Positions 28,784-39,366 of a stretch of DNA of 64,000 nucleotides are shown piece after piece (position 1 is the stretch's first letter; each line of letters begins with the position of its first letter). A model generated the notes under the pieces. It ran no database searches. It was not told the DNA's origin and saw nothing but the letters and a program-made list of their open reading frames with translations. Location of the stretch: the IMG/VR virus record IMGVR_UViG_3300006169_000035; one strand, 5' to 3'. Made by a program: the position numbers and the translations under genes. Source of the DNA: an uncultured virus (IMG/VR IMGVR_UViG_3300006169_000035) (taxonomy: Duplodnaviria; Heunggongvirae; Uroviricota; Caudoviricetes).

Positions 28784-29739
28784 GTCCAGATCTTACAGCA
28801 ACCGAGCCTCAAAAGAGTTCCTGCTGCCCTGGCTTCGGAGGAGGCACCAGGGAAGCAGGTTCTGGCGGTTGGGTTTCTTGCTTGGGAGCCGCCTTCGGGA
28901 TCTCGTCGGTCTTCGGAGGCGCTACGGGTTGTTCCTTCACGGCTCGAGCTCGCACGTCGACGACGGTGTCGTCAGGAGCCAGACGCACGAACCGATCGTG
29001 CAGCGTGAGGACGATGTGCCAGTCCGTCGTGACGGCGACGGCCTCGATCGTCTCGCCGTTCCACGCGTCGCCGATCTTCCAGCGCTTAGCGTGCTCTGCT
29101 CGAGCCATCGCTTCCGATCCGACGCTCATGCGTCCTTGTTCCGGCGCTCGGCGAGGTTGCAAGCGGCGATGATCTGCCGGGCCCATGCTCGCGCAGCCTT
29201 GGGTGTCATCGACCGTTCTTCATCCTCTGACACGCGCACCAGTACGCGAAACGAACCGTTGATCGTCGTGACGGACGCACCGACGTCGCTCTTCGTGGGG
29301 TAACGGACGATGGGCTCTTCGAGTTCGACGAGGATCGCTCGACCAAGGGGCGTAGCGTCGGAGACTTCGAGGCCCATGGCAGTCGCCGACGCCACATAGC
29401 CGGCGAGCGTAGGCTCGAACTGCAGCTGCCAGTGGCAGTACTTCGTCCAGATCTTAGCCCACGTGGCACCGTCATGGCTCGTGCGCAGCGCGATGGAGAG
29501 CTGCTCGATGATGGCTGCGACATCGCCGGCGTCGCGCTCACGAGCCAACGACGCCGACAGGATGCGACCTTCGAGCTCCTCGACGATCCTGATCGCACGC
29601 TGATGACGCGAGTGGTTGAGAACTGCCTTCGCAGAAGGCGTGAAGGCCGAAGCTTCTAGCATCGGAGATCCTTTCGGGTGAAGCGGCTCCTCGCCGCGTT
29701 GTGTCCGAGCTCGCTTGCGCTTGCACGAACGACACGAGA

Positions 29740-30075
29740 ATGCCATCGTCGAAGAGCGCCGTCAACAAGTCGGCGAAACAAGCGGCGAGGAGCCGCTTCA
29801 AGGAGAACGACATGGCGAAAGCGATGCGCAGGCGCTCATCTTCGATGCGCCCCGAAACGTACTGGAGACTGTTGCAACTCGTCCGCAAGGGCATAGCCGA
29901 AAGCGGATCGGCGATCATCGAGCGAACGGTCAACGACCTCGCCGACGCACACGGGATCCGCAAGGTGAGCCGCGAAGAAGCGTCGAGCATGCTCAACAAG
30001 GAGCAACGCAAGGGCAGACCGCCGGGTCCGGTCCCGAAGACGGAAGAGATCGTCTCGCAGCACTTCACCTTCTGA
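29740..30075 (+). CDS. Small basic protein, possible ribbon-helix-helix regulator
   Basis: RRSSSMRPETYWRLLQLVRKG..SGSAIIERTV. Confidence 0.45.
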   Translation: MPSSKSAVNKSAKQAARSRFKENDMAKAMRRRSSSMRPETYWRLLQLVRKGIAESGSAIIERTVNDLADAHGIRKVSREEASSMLNKEQRKGRPPGPVPKTEEIVSQHFTF

Positions 30076-30300
30076 TGGGCGCCGTCAATCCCAAGCAACG
30101 GCGCGAGCTCCATCAGAAGCTCGACGCTCTCATCGACGATCACGATGGCGGAGCCGAAGGAGCCTACGGCTTCCTACTTCTTCGCGAGGTCGATGTTCCC
30201 GACGGTGCGCACCGCAAGCGCAGCGTCGTAGCCCAGGGATGGATCGGCAAGAAGTCGTGGATCCTCTACGACCTCATCCGCCGCCTTCGAGGCCCGGACG

Positions 30301-30339
30301 AATAAAGAGACGGGCGCCTCGGTGAAGAGGCGCCCGTCA
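30301..30339 (-). terminator. Intrinsic terminator between convergent genes
   Basis: GACGGGCGCC (30309-18) pairs with GGCGCCCGTC (30330-39); TCTTTATT follows on the minus strand. Confidence 0.65.
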
Positions 30340-30390
30340 TGGCGAAAGGCTCCCCGTCATGCCGCTGCCAGAGAGCCGCCTCGAAGCGTA

Positions 30391-30864
30391 CTACAGCACC
30401 CCTGCGTCCTGCAGGATCCCGCGAAGGGTGAGCGCCTTCGTGAAGCCCATCGAGCTGACCAGATCGCGTTCGAGTTGCTGACGCTGATCGTCGGTCCACT
30501 CGACGAGATCGACCCCGATCGGCTGCAGCGTCTGCGAGAACGCTTCGTCGGTCGCCTGGCGGGTCGCGTCGAGGATCGCCGGCCACCAGGTGGCAGGCAT
30601 GGCGTTGCGGGCGGCAACGAGCGCGGCGTCGTCGAGTTCGGTCACGAGTTCGCCCAGGCGGGCCGCCAGCGGGCCCGGCTGTGGGTCACCCGAGGAGGCC
30701 GGAGCAGGTCGCAAGGGCGCCGTGGGCTGCCCTGGCGGCGTCGGATAGCGGGGTTCCCGGGGTCGCGCCGCGGCCCGTGCGACGCCGTAGCCGGCTGCAG
30801 AGACGAGGCCCACAGCGGCAAGGACGCCGAGCACCGTCAGAACTCTGCGCGATCGGCGTGTCAT
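30391..30864 (-). CDS. Single-pass membrane protein
   Basis: MTRRSRR-TM-Pro-rich linker-helical domain. Confidence 0.65.
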   Translation of the reverse strand: MTRRSRRVLTVLGVLAAVGLVSAAGYGVARAAARPREPRYPTPPGQPTAPLRPAPASSGDPQPGPLAARLGELVTELDDAALVAARNAMPATWWPAILDATRQATDEAFSQTLQPIGVDLVEWTDDQRQQLERDLVSSMGFTKALTLRGILQDAGVL

Positions 30865-31778
30865 ACGGTCTCGGCCGCGTCCTCGTGGTGGACCCGCTGA
30901 GCTCGAACGAGGTAGCGCGTCGGGTCGAGGATCCCAAGCGGCGGCGCGTCGCCCTTCCACCACTGCATCTCGCCGCGTCGGATCTGTTCGACCGTCACTC
31001 CGGGCGCGTAGGTTTCGACGTGCAGCATGTGACTGCCGTCGTCGCTGACACCGACGCGACCGAGTTCGTCTCCGGCTTTGACTCGTGTTCCAGCCGCGAC
31101 GTCGAAGTCTCTCCAGCTGCCGCGTTCGATCTCGCCATAGTTGACGATGACGCCGCCGTCGGTGAGCAAGTAGAGCGCTCCGGTCCCCTTGTAGAACGGG
31201 AGCGCGGCGAGCACTTGACCGCCCTCGGTCGCGACGATGACATCGCCGGGATCAGCGAACAGATCGACGCCGACGTGGACGCGCTCCGCCCCGGTCTTCT
31301 TGCTCTTGCGTGTCGCTCCGAACTCGCGGCCCCATCTCCCGTGCCACTTCCCGCGCACGTCCTGATACGAGACCTGAAGCTTCCGCTTCGCGTTCGTGTC
31401 GATCGGCCACTTCGGTCGATCTCCGCCGACGGCGAACTCCACGTCGGTCTTCTTGCGGGGTTCGAGTTCGGAGGGGAGCGTGCAGAACTCGCTTGCCGGC
31501 GCCGACAGTGCAGCGGCGTCGTCGGGATCTTCGGGCCCGATGCAAGGTGCGTCGAACTCGTCATACTCGATGTCGGCCGGCTCGTCCTCGACGACCTCGT
31601 CGTCGTAGTCGAGCAGATCGGGCAGCTCGTAGTACGGGCTGTAGCCGTGGTCGGGGATCCGAGTGCGCCTGCGTCCGACGACGGCTCCGATCGCGACGCC
31701 AATCCCAACGCCTGGCACTGCGACGAGTAGCACCTGCTGCCATCGCGGTCGCTGACGCCACCAGGTCGAGATCGTCAT
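30861..31778 (-). CDS. Membrane-anchored M23-family peptidoglycan endopeptidase
   Basis: N-terminal TM; HVGVDL, VKAGDELGRVG, LHVE. Confidence 0.88.
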   Translation of the reverse strand: MTISTWWRQRPRWQQVLLVAVPGVGIGVAIGAVVGRRRTRIPDHGYSPYYELPDLLDYDDEVVEDEPADIEYDEFDAPCIGPEDPDDAAALSAPASEFCTLPSELEPRKKTDVEFAVGGDRPKWPIDTNAKRKLQVSYQDVRGKWHGRWGREFGATRKSKKTGAERVHVGVDLFADPGDVIVATEGGQVLAALPFYKGTGALYLLTDGGVIVNYGEIERGSWRDFDVAAGTRVKAGDELGRVGVSDDGSHMLHVETYAPGVTVEQIRRGEMQWWKGDAPPLGILDPTRYLVRAQRVHHEDAAETV

Positions 31779-32450
31779 CGCTGATCAGCTCCTCGCAGGA
31801 GACCATCGACGACGGACTTCGTCTGACCTCTGCGCCACAGCTCCAAGGTCACGTCGTCGGTGACGTCGACCCAGTTGATCTCCGGCCGAGGAGGATCGGG
31901 CAACCTTGTTGGTCCGTACACCACATGATGCGGGCAACAGCACTGGTGTTGAGCCATCGGATCAGATCCTGCCGCGGGCTCGAGCCCGCAGGTACGCGAC
32001 GCCTCGCCGGATCGCGAGCCTTGCAGGCCCGATCTTCGGGACGGCTGCGCGAGCTCGTGCAAGGGCGACTGTGTCGCGTCGGAGTTCATCGGTGAGCCAT
32101 CGCGGACATGTTTCGAGACCGGGCGTGCACGCGCCTCGTGTCCCTGGTCGCCCAGGAAGATCGGGCCAACTGCAGCGGTAGATCCCGGTCGACATGAGCT
32201 TGCAGCACGCGTCCTTGACGAAGACGCAGTCGCCTCCGAGTACGCGGGCCTGAGCGGCGACGGCATTGACACGTGCCTGCGCGAGAGCAGGCACCGTGAT
32301 CGGACGAAGCGTGCTCATCGAGACCTCCGCTTCGGCCGCCGTGACCACGGCCGCGGCTCGGCCTTGGCGACCTGCCAGCCGAACCATCCGGCAGCGAGCA
32401 TCTCGACGGCGAGCCAACCCCAGAACAGCTTGTTCTTGACCGTCACCATC

Positions 32451-32467
32451 CGACCCTACCAAAAGCT
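32451..32467 (-). promoter_or_regulatory. 17-bp motif AGCTTTTGGTAGGGTCG, copy 2
   Basis: Exact reverse-complement match to 24041-24057; heads the leftward unit that includes the M23 gene. Confidence 0.6.
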
Positions 32468-32491
32468 GCGCTGGCCTGCGTATGATGGGGT

Positions 32492-32722
32492 GTGGGCGTC
32501 AAGATCGGCACCAAGAACACCAGGAAGTCAAGCGGCGGCAAGGCCGAGGCGGCGGTCGCGGGCTCATTTGGGCTCGGCGATGCCGTGGAAACGGTTGCGA
32601 AGCCCGTCGCGAACCTCCTCGGGATCAAGAACTGCGCGCCTTGCCAACGACGCAAGGCCGTGCTCAACGCGATGAGCTCGCGCGCAAGCGCACGCGTGAA
32701 GGCCTTCTTCAAGCGAAGCTAG
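32492..32722 (+). CDS. Small phage-type protein with GLGD...CxxC..R...LN motif
   Basis: GLGDAVETVAKP....GIKNCAPCQRRKAVLN. Confidence 0.65.
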   Translation: MGVKIGTKNTRKSSGGKAEAAVAGSFGLGDAVETVAKPVANLLGIKNCAPCQRRKAVLNAMSSRASARVKAFFKRS

Positions 32723-32734
32723 AGGGGTCGGAGA

Positions 32735-34138
32735 ATGCCGTACGCAGTCTTGTCGGAGAACGGAGAGGTACAGCTCGTCGAAAGCAGCCTGCGGCGCGCT
32801 GTCGATGCAGCCGAGAACGCTGGAGCGCTCGACGTCGTCATCGACACCGCGCCGACGGGGCGTCGACATAACCCGCCTCCGCGAGGCGAAGGCGCGCTCA
32901 AACAGCTGCGCCTGCCTGGCGGTCCGCAGCTCGCGATCCCAGCGGAGGCGTGCGACATGCCGCTGCGGGATGCGTGGCAGAACGTCAGAGCGAAGACGGA
33001 ACCGTTCACGCAGACCGGTCGCACGGGAATCGTCAGGCAGTTCTACCCCGCCGAGAAGTCGGCGACGCTCGTCAAGAGCATGCTCGGCCAGAACGCCAAG
33101 ACGGAGAAGAAGAAGGGGCACGCCGAGAACGTCGACGTCCAGGGCCTCAATCTCACGCCCTACTGGATGTTCGCCAACGAAGGCAAGCCGCTCGACGAAG
33201 TTCTGCACAGCAGCAAGCGCTTGCCGAACATGTGCGCCGGCAGCACCGAAGCGTGCCGTCACAGCTGTCTCGTCTTCGCCGGCCAGAACTACGCCGCCGA
33301 CTGGTCGATCTACGCCAAGTTCCTCAAGACGCGGATGCTCTTCGACGATCCGGTGTCGTTTGGGCGCCTGCTCTACGCCGCGTGCGAGCGTCACTATCGC
33401 AACTCGCCCAAGCACGGTTTCCTTCCAGCGGTGCGGCTCAACGTGCTCTCCGACGTCCCATGGGAGCTCGTGTTTCCCGAGCTCTTCGTGCGGCTGCCGG
33501 GTCTGCAGTTCTACGACTACACGAAGGTCCCAGGACGGGAGCCGCCGGCAAACTACGACCTGACCTTTTCCAACAGCGGCGGCAACGTCAAGCTCGTCGA
33601 GAAGCACCTCGCACAAGGCGGTCGCGTCGCCGTGGTTGCGCACGTGCCCGAGTGGCGCTTCGGTCCTCCAGTGCCTCCACGCAAGGAAGAGAGCAAGGCC
33701 GACTATGAGGCGCGCAAGGAAGAAGCGGCGCACAAGCTGTGGGTGCAGCGACTCCCGAAGTACTGCGAGATCGGCGGTCGCCGCTACCCTGTCATCGACG
33801 GCGATCGCAATGACGTTCGGTTCCTCGACAGCAAGCCGGCCATCGTCGCCCTGCGCTGGAAGAACCCCGGAGGCCAAGCAGCAGCTCGGGCTGCCGGTGC
33901 GCTCGGGATCAGCCAGCGCACCATGTTCGTCACCGAGATCGAAGACTTCTGCGGCTTGTGGATCGGAGCGGTGACACCATCGGAACAGCCCGACACGTTG
34001 GAGCCGACCGTCTACAATCTCACGCCGCTCGAAGCCAATCCCGGTGGCTCTCGAAGATCGAACCGCTGGGGCACGGCTCGAGCCGGCTACGGCGATGACA
34101 GGGCTCGACGAGCCGCCAACAGACTTGTCAACGGCTAG
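32735..34138 (+). CDS. GP88-like phage protein (Cys triad) with NP-bounded extensions
   Basis: MCAGSTEACRHSCL, RLNVLSDVPWE, QFYDYTK, NYDLTFS, VIDGDRNDVRFLD. Confidence 0.75.
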   Translation: MPYAVLSENGEVQLVESSLRRAVDAAENAGALDVVIDTAPTGRRHNPPPRGEGALKQLRLPGGPQLAIPAEACDMPLRDAWQNVRAKTEPFTQTGRTGIVRQFYPAEKSATLVKSMLGQNAKTEKKKGHAENVDVQGLNLTPYWMFANEGKPLDEVLHSSKRLPNMCAGSTEACRHSCLVFAGQNYAADWSIYAKFLKTRMLFDDPVSFGRLLYAACERHYRNSPKHGFLPAVRLNVLSDVPWELVFPELFVRLPGLQFYDYTKVPGREPPANYDLTFSNSGGNVKLVEKHLAQGGRVAVVAHVPEWRFGPPVPPRKEESKADYEARKEEAAHKLWVQRLPKYCEIGGRRYPVIDGDRNDVRFLDSKPAIVALRWKNPGGQAAARAAGALGISQRTMFVTEIEDFCGLWIGAVTPSEQPDTLEPTVYNLTPLEANPGGSRRSNRWGTARAGYGDDRARRAANRLVNG

Positions 34139-34149
34139 GAGAAACGACG

Positions 34150-34821
34150 ATGCCAATGACACTGCTCGAAGAGACCCGCTTTTGGACCAACCAGTTCTCG
34201 GAGCACCTCGGCTTCCTCGGCGAGATGCTGCAAGGTGAACTTCGCCAAGAGGCCGAAGCGCGACACAGCGAGTACGAGCAGATGAGGCGCGAGGCAATGC
34301 TCCTCGAAAGCGGAGAGGCAATGGCTGACGCGGTCGAGGGTCCGACCCGCAGCCTGTACGCGTTCCAGGTCGAGCTGTGCGAGATGCTCGATGCCGGCGA
34401 GTGGCTCGGGTTTGCGTGGCCACTCTTCTGCGATCACATCACACGGGAGGTCGAGCTCTACATGCACCTCGCGTACGGCGATCCTCCTCCTCCAGGCGGC
34501 ATCTCTGCTGCCGTGTCGCAGATGGGAGGCGAACACGCCTTGTTCGCCGCGAGCCTGATCGATCCCGCATCGCAAGCGCCAAGCACGATCGCCCGGGAAG
34601 CCGGATCGAAGCTCATCGACATGTCCGCCAAGGAACAGACCCGGATCCGGATCGCCGGCGAGATCGCGCTTCAGCAGACGATCAGGGCCTTCGTCGAAAC
34701 CACGGGGCTCGGCACTCCGACAGGCGTCAAGAGTCTCGTGAGCCCCATCTTGCGCGACCACGTTCTGCGCGAGCAGACCTACTACACCGACAAGCTGCAG
34801 GACGCGATCTTCAGCCTCTGA
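34150..34821 (+). CDS. DUF2935 family protein
   Basis: RFW...SEHLGFL; PLFCDHITRE..LY; EHALF; PILRDHVLRE..YY (two repeats). Confidence 0.75.
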   Translation: MPMTLLEETRFWTNQFSEHLGFLGEMLQGELRQEAEARHSEYEQMRREAMLLESGEAMADAVEGPTRSLYAFQVELCEMLDAGEWLGFAWPLFCDHITREVELYMHLAYGDPPPPGGISAAVSQMGGEHALFAASLIDPASQAPSTIAREAGSKLIDMSAKEQTRIRIAGEIALQQTIRAFVETTGLGTPTGVKSLVSPILRDHVLREQTYYTDKLQDAIFSL

Positions 34822-34848
34822 TCTGGAAGCAGAAGGGAACACGAAGCG

Positions 34849-36039
34849 ATGCCACCCAATCCGCTCATCACCCAACTCGTCGACGCGCTCTACCAGAATC
34901 AGGCCGTCTTTCGCGTCATCACCGAGTTCGAGGAGAACGGCGAGCCCGTTCGTCCCACGGTCGCAACGGAAAACGTCGACATCCAGGCGATCGACGGCAG
35001 CCCCGAAGGTCGATCGGTAGGCTCGCCGGGAGACATTCGGATCCAGCGTGATGTTCCTGCGATCTGGCAGAAGGCGACGGGCGTCCGGACGACCGAGGGC
35101 TGGATCCTGATCGCAGGTGCTGCGAGCGAGGGTTGTCCGACAAACCTGATCACGGTCGGTCCGGGCTGTCTCTTCGAGACGATCCAGGCCGGCATCAACT
35201 TCGCAGCCACGATCCCAAGCGACACCGTCGTGCAGATCGCTCCAGGGACGTACACCGAGGACATCACGCTCGAACCGGGTGTGGCACTCGCTGGCATCGA
35301 GAACGCTCTGGTGACGATCAACGGAACCGTGACGTACCCGGGCGATCCAGGCGGAGAGGTGCGACTGCAGGACCTGACGATCTTCCCCGTGGGTGACGAT
35401 GCGATCGTGGTGGGCGGCACCGGCTCGCTTCTGCTGGAGGCGGATCGGATGCAGATCAACGGCAACATCGTCTTCACCAACACGGGAGCCGCCAGCAGCA
35501 TGGTGCTGCGCGACTCGGTCGTGGAGACTCCGGGACCCACGGCGATCACATGGAGCGGCGCACCGGGGTCCGTGTTCGAACTCGACGACACCAACGTGCT
35601 CGTCAGCGACCCGAGCAACAACGTCGCGATCGACTTCAACTCCGGCACGCTCATCGCCCAGTACGCGCTGATCTCAGGTCTCGTGGACTTCGCCGATGGT
35701 ACCGAAGGTGCCTTCCTTTTCTCGCGTATCGACGGCGCCGATCAGGAGGCGATGATCGTAGGCGCAGGAGCCGAGGTCGAGATGTACATCGTCGACCTCC
35801 ACAGCAACAACGCGAGCGGTAGCGTGATCGCGGGCGGTGGTGGAGCGATCGTCTTCAGCAACCTGTCGCTGTCAGGTAGCGCGAAGGACTACTCGGGCGC
35901 TGCCTCGACCGACGAGAGCGAGGCCTACGACACGGCCGTGGGAGCCAACTGGGCCGGAGCCTCTCCGCTCACGGTGAAGGAAGCCCTCGATCGACTGGCC
36001 GCTGCTGTCTCGGGCCTGCTCGGCGCCCCAATCCCGTGA
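34849..36039 (+). CDS. Pectin-lyase-like beta-helix protein, putative fibre/spike
   Basis: FETIQAGINFA...IAPGTYTEDITL..GVAL; repetitive beta pattern; C-terminal TVKEALDRLA. Confidence 0.65.
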   Translation: MPPNPLITQLVDALYQNQAVFRVITEFEENGEPVRPTVATENVDIQAIDGSPEGRSVGSPGDIRIQRDVPAIWQKATGVRTTEGWILIAGAASEGCPTNLITVGPGCLFETIQAGINFAATIPSDTVVQIAPGTYTEDITLEPGVALAGIENALVTINGTVTYPGDPGGEVRLQDLTIFPVGDDAIVVGGTGSLLLEADRMQINGNIVFTNTGAASSMVLRDSVVETPGPTAITWSGAPGSVFELDDTNVLVSDPSNNVAIDFNSGTLIAQYALISGLVDFADGTEGAFLFSRIDGADQEAMIVGAGAEVEMYIVDLHSNNASGSVIAGGGGAIVFSNLSLSGSAKDYSGAASTDESEAYDTAVGANWAGASPLTVKEALDRLAAAVSGLLGAPIP

Positions 36040-36043
36040 TCCT

Positions 36044-36676
36044 TCACGGCGGGTAGCCTTCGAGCCAAGCGAGATCTGTCGGGAAAGGAAGCTCGGCGGG
36101 TCGTCCGACCGTGGTGCGACACACGTGCGGGAATGACACCTGGTCGTGCGTCGACCAGCGCTCTTGCTCGGTAAGCCAGCGCGTTCCGAGGTCGAGCACC
36201 TGCGGAGTCATGCGTCGCACGACGATCATCGTCCAGTAGAGACCCCAGTCATCGGGGTGACCAAGGGCGACGTAGTGGCGTGACTGTTCGAGCGGATGCT
36301 GACCGACGAACCTCGGATCAGACGATCCGGCCGCTCCTTCATCGAGAAGTGTCCGTCTCCACGGGTGCCTCATGAGAGCGATGTCGTCGTTGCCCAGATG
36401 CTCGATGCAGAACGCAGCGAACTCCGTACTCGTCACTCGCAGCTGGGCATCGATCCAGATGACGATGTCGTCGATCACATACCGCTCGGGATGGCACTTG
36501 ACGATCTTGGAGGCCATGCGCGGGCTCGAGCCGAGATCGGTGACGATGGTCTGCCAACCGTAGAGATTCTGCTCCTTGTCGCTGACGAGCACGGCCTGAC
36601 CGGGCAAGCTCTGTTGCGGGAGCGCAACGGGTCGCTGGTGGTAGTCCCCGAAGTGCGCGCTCACGACAGCTACCAT
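36044..36676 (-). CDS. DUF616 (TOD1/MUCI70-like) glycosyltransferase
   Basis: SAHFGDY, K..K..P, IWIDA, HPWR, DQVSFP. Confidence 0.75.
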   Translation of the reverse strand: MVAVVSAHFGDYHQRPVALPQQSLPGQAVLVSDKEQNLYGWQTIVTDLGSSPRMASKIVKCHPERYVIDDIVIWIDAQLRVTSTEFAAFCIEHLGNDDIALMRHPWRRTLLDEGAAGSSDPRFVGQHPLEQSRHYVALGHPDDWGLYWTMIVVRRMTPQVLDLGTRWLTEQERWSTHDQVSFPHVCRTTVGRPAELPFPTDLAWLEGYPP

Positions 36677-37275
36677 CAGCGCAGCCTCGTAACCGCCAGG
36701 CGATCGCAGTGGATCGTTGGTTCAACGATGGCACCTGTCTCCACGAGGTGACGGACGGCCCCGAGGACACCATCGAAGGGCGGAGCGTGGTCATCGAACA
36801 CGATGACGGCATCACGCGAGAGGTTCGACTTCCAGCTCGCGAAGTCGGCCAGCACAGCTGTCTCGTGATGATCAGCGTCGATGTAGATCAACCCCACCGG
36901 AGGACCGATCCAGGCAAGACCGGCTGCGGCGGAGAACGACCGATGAAGCGTCACTGCCTCATCGAGGCCTGCATCGTGGACGTGCTGCTTTGCCATCGCC
37001 ATGGTCTTCGGGCTTCCGAACCCGTCAGGTGACGCCGGCAGCCCGAGCATGGACTCCTCGTATGTCTTGCGCTCGCCGGGAAGATCCCAGGCATCGATCC
37101 CCCAGACGTGCGCACCACGGCCCTCTTGAGCTCCGGCTGCCAGGTAGCAGACGCTTCGACCAAGCCACACCCCGAGCTCGACGATGGCCTGAGGCGCAGG
37201 CACCGAGGCGGCCATGGACCGCAAGTACTCGCATGCGGGCAGGGGCGTAGCACCGGGGATGTCCGAGAGGTCCAT
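36676..37275 (-). CDS. Class I SAM-dependent methyltransferase (Methyltransf_24-like)
   Basis: IVELGVWLGRS, GIDAW, LIYIDADH, IVFDD. Confidence 0.85.
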   Translation of the reverse strand: MDLSDIPGATPLPACEYLRSMAASVPAPQAIVELGVWLGRSVCYLAAGAQEGRGAHVWGIDAWDLPGERKTYEESMLGLPASPDGFGSPKTMAMAKQHVHDAGLDEAVTLHRSFSAAAGLAWIGPPVGLIYIDADHHETAVLADFASWKSNLSRDAVIVFDDHAPPFDGVLGAVRHLVETGAIVEPTIHCDRLAVTRLR

Positions 37276-37294
37276 GGATGCGATACTACGGCAG

Positions 37295-38038
37295 ATGCGC
37301 CCGCTGTTCATCCTCGGCAACAAGCGCTCAGGAACATCGCATCTGACCGGGCTGCTAAACCGCCATCCACACGTGTTCGTCAGCAGCGAGTCGGACATCA
37401 TCTGGATCCTCTACCAGATCGATCGCGGGCTGACTCCGAGGTGTTACGACTGGGATGGCCCCGTTGGCATGCAGGCGACGCTGTCCGCGTGCTCTGAGAT
37501 CGTGCACGAGCCGGGATCTGTGCGGGACAAGTACTTTCGGATCCAGGACTACCTCATGCGGCATGGCTCTGCCGTTCAGAGCATCGTGCACAAGCACGAC
37601 CTGGCGTGGGTGGGCGACAAGAAGCCGGTACAAGCTTCCGATCCGACTCTGCATGCCTTCATCCGAGAGCATCTATCCGACGCGAGGTTCATTCACATCG
37701 TTCGGCATCCAAGAGCCGTCGTGGGGAGCATGCTTGCCGCGGGTCGCTCGTGGGCTCAGGTCGAGTACTGGCGGGAAGGGAGCAAACAGGTGCTCGGCAG
37801 GTGGGTGGAGCACGAGAACTGGGCGCAGAAAGCTGCCGCCCTAGGAGACGTGATCGATGTCCGCTTCGAAGACCTCGTCTCCGGACCCAAGACCATGGAG
37901 ACGATCTTCTCTTTCCTGGAAGTGGACCCGATAGCGCTCGATGTCGAGTGGCGCACCGACTGGAACGACAAGTACACCGAGCTCGAGCTCGAACTCGGCG
38001 ATGCGCGACCGATCATGGATCGCTACGGCTACAGCTGA
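37295..38038 (+). CDS. Sulfotransferase family protein (alternative start 37274)
   Basis: FILGNKRSGTSHL...LNRHP, GDKKP, FIHIVRHPRAVVGS, RFEDLV. Confidence 0.85.
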   Translation: MRPLFILGNKRSGTSHLTGLLNRHPHVFVSSESDIIWILYQIDRGLTPRCYDWDGPVGMQATLSACSEIVHEPGSVRDKYFRIQDYLMRHGSAVQSIVHKHDLAWVGDKKPVQASDPTLHAFIREHLSDARFIHIVRHPRAVVGSMLAAGRSWAQVEYWREGSKQVLGRWVEHENWAQKAAALGDVIDVRFEDLVSGPKTMETIFSFLEVDPIALDVEWRTDWNDKYTELELELGDARPIMDRYGYS

Positions 38039-38637
38039 TGCGACACCACATCATCATCTCTGGCACGGGACGAAGCGGGACGACGTTGCTCGTTCAGCTC
38101 CTTTCCCACATGGGGCTGCCCACGGGCGCCTTCGAGGGAAAACTCTCTGGGATCTCACCGGTCTCGCACGCTGGGTTGGAGTACGACATCCGCAAGGACG
38201 ATGCGCCCTACATCGTCAAGAGCCCGGTCATGTGCGCCTACCTCCCGAAGGCGCTGGCTGCCGACGTCGTGATCGACTACGCGATTGTTCCGATCCGATC
38301 CCTGACGGCGGCAGCAGAGAGCCGGCGCGACGTGGTGCGGCGTCACGCGTGGCAAGGCGATCCGATGGCGCTTCCTGGCGGACTGTTTGGCACGAGAGAG
38401 CCACGCGATCAGGAAGCCAAGCTCGCCGAGCTTCTCTATGGGCTGCTGCACACCCTCGCCCTGCACGAGATCCCGGTGGTACTCGTGGAGTTCCCGCGCC
38501 TCGTTCGCGACCCAGACTACCTGTTCCGTTGCCTTCGCAAGGCCATTCCCATAGAACGGGGCGCGTTCGATGAAGCGTTCTCGGCCGTTGTGCGGCCTGA
38601 ACTCGTACACGACTTCGGCCTTGGTATCATCGAGTGA
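38038..38637 (+). CDS. Sulfotransferase-like P-loop protein
   Basis: IIISGTGRSGTTLLVQLL, IVKSP, IR....AAES. Confidence 0.7.
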   Translation: MRHHIIISGTGRSGTTLLVQLLSHMGLPTGAFEGKLSGISPVSHAGLEYDIRKDDAPYIVKSPVMCAYLPKALAADVVIDYAIVPIRSLTAAAESRRDVVRRHAWQGDPMALPGGLFGTREPRDQEAKLAELLYGLLHTLALHEIPVVLVEFPRLVRDPDYLFRCLRKAIPIERGAFDEAFSAVVRPELVHDFGLGIIE

Positions 38638-39272
38638 TGAGCGACTTTCACGTGCAGTACTACAACAGCAACGTCTGGAAGCAGACGCGCTGGCTCGGTC
38701 ACGTAATGCTGAAGTGCCCGCTCGACCTGTGGATCTACCAGGAGCTCATCGTCCGCGTTCGTCCGTCGCTCATCATTGAGACCGGCACGTACGCTGGCGG
38801 CAGCGCGATGTTCATGGCCTCAATCTGCGACCTTCTCGATCGCGGCCAGGTGCTGACCATCGACATCGCTCCGTTGGCGCAGCCAGCTCATCCGCGGGTG
38901 CAGTACCTGACAGGGTCTTCGATCGACGCCGAGATCGTCCAGCAGGTGTATGAGACGGCAAGGGGCCATGACACCGTGCTCGTCATCCTCGACTCTGACC
39001 ACGTCAAGTCGCACGTCATTCGCGAGATGAAGGCCTACGCGCCTCTCGTGAGCGAGCGAAGCTACCTCATCGTCGAGGACACCAACATCAACGGGCACCC
39101 CGTGGTCGCCGACTACGGACCTGGACCTGCCGAGGCCGTGACCCAGTTCCTGCGCCATCGATCGGACTTCGAACTCGACCGCAGCTGCGAACGGCACCTT
39201 CTGACGTTCAATCCAGCCGGATTTTTGCGTCGTATTGCCCCAGAACCCAAATCTTCGCCGATTTCGGACTAG
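38637..39272 (+). CDS. CmcI (cephalosporin hydroxylase) family methyltransferase
   Basis: WLG...KCPLDLWIYQE, IIETGT..GGS, VILDSDH, YLIVEDT, GP.EAV, TFNP.GFL. Confidence 0.9.
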   Translation: MSDFHVQYYNSNVWKQTRWLGHVMLKCPLDLWIYQELIVRVRPSLIIETGTYAGGSAMFMASICDLLDRGQVLTIDIAPLAQPAHPRVQYLTGSSIDAEIVQQVYETARGHDTVLVILDSDHVKSHVIREMKAYAPLVSERSYLIVEDTNINGHPVVADYGPGPAEAVTQFLRHRSDFELDRSCERHLLTFNPAGFLRRIAPEPKSSPISD

Positions 39273-39366
39273 CGGCTGCGCTCGGGCGTGTCAGGATCGA
39301 AAGGGCGACTCCGCGACGGAGCCGCCAACCACGCAGCGAGGAGCTGCGCCAAAAAGGTAGCCCATC

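Noticed and set aside
37272..37277. Both divergent genes starting within the same CCATGG palindrome
   Set aside because: Possible, but ATG 37295 fits the sulfotransferase domain start and leaves room for promoter boxes
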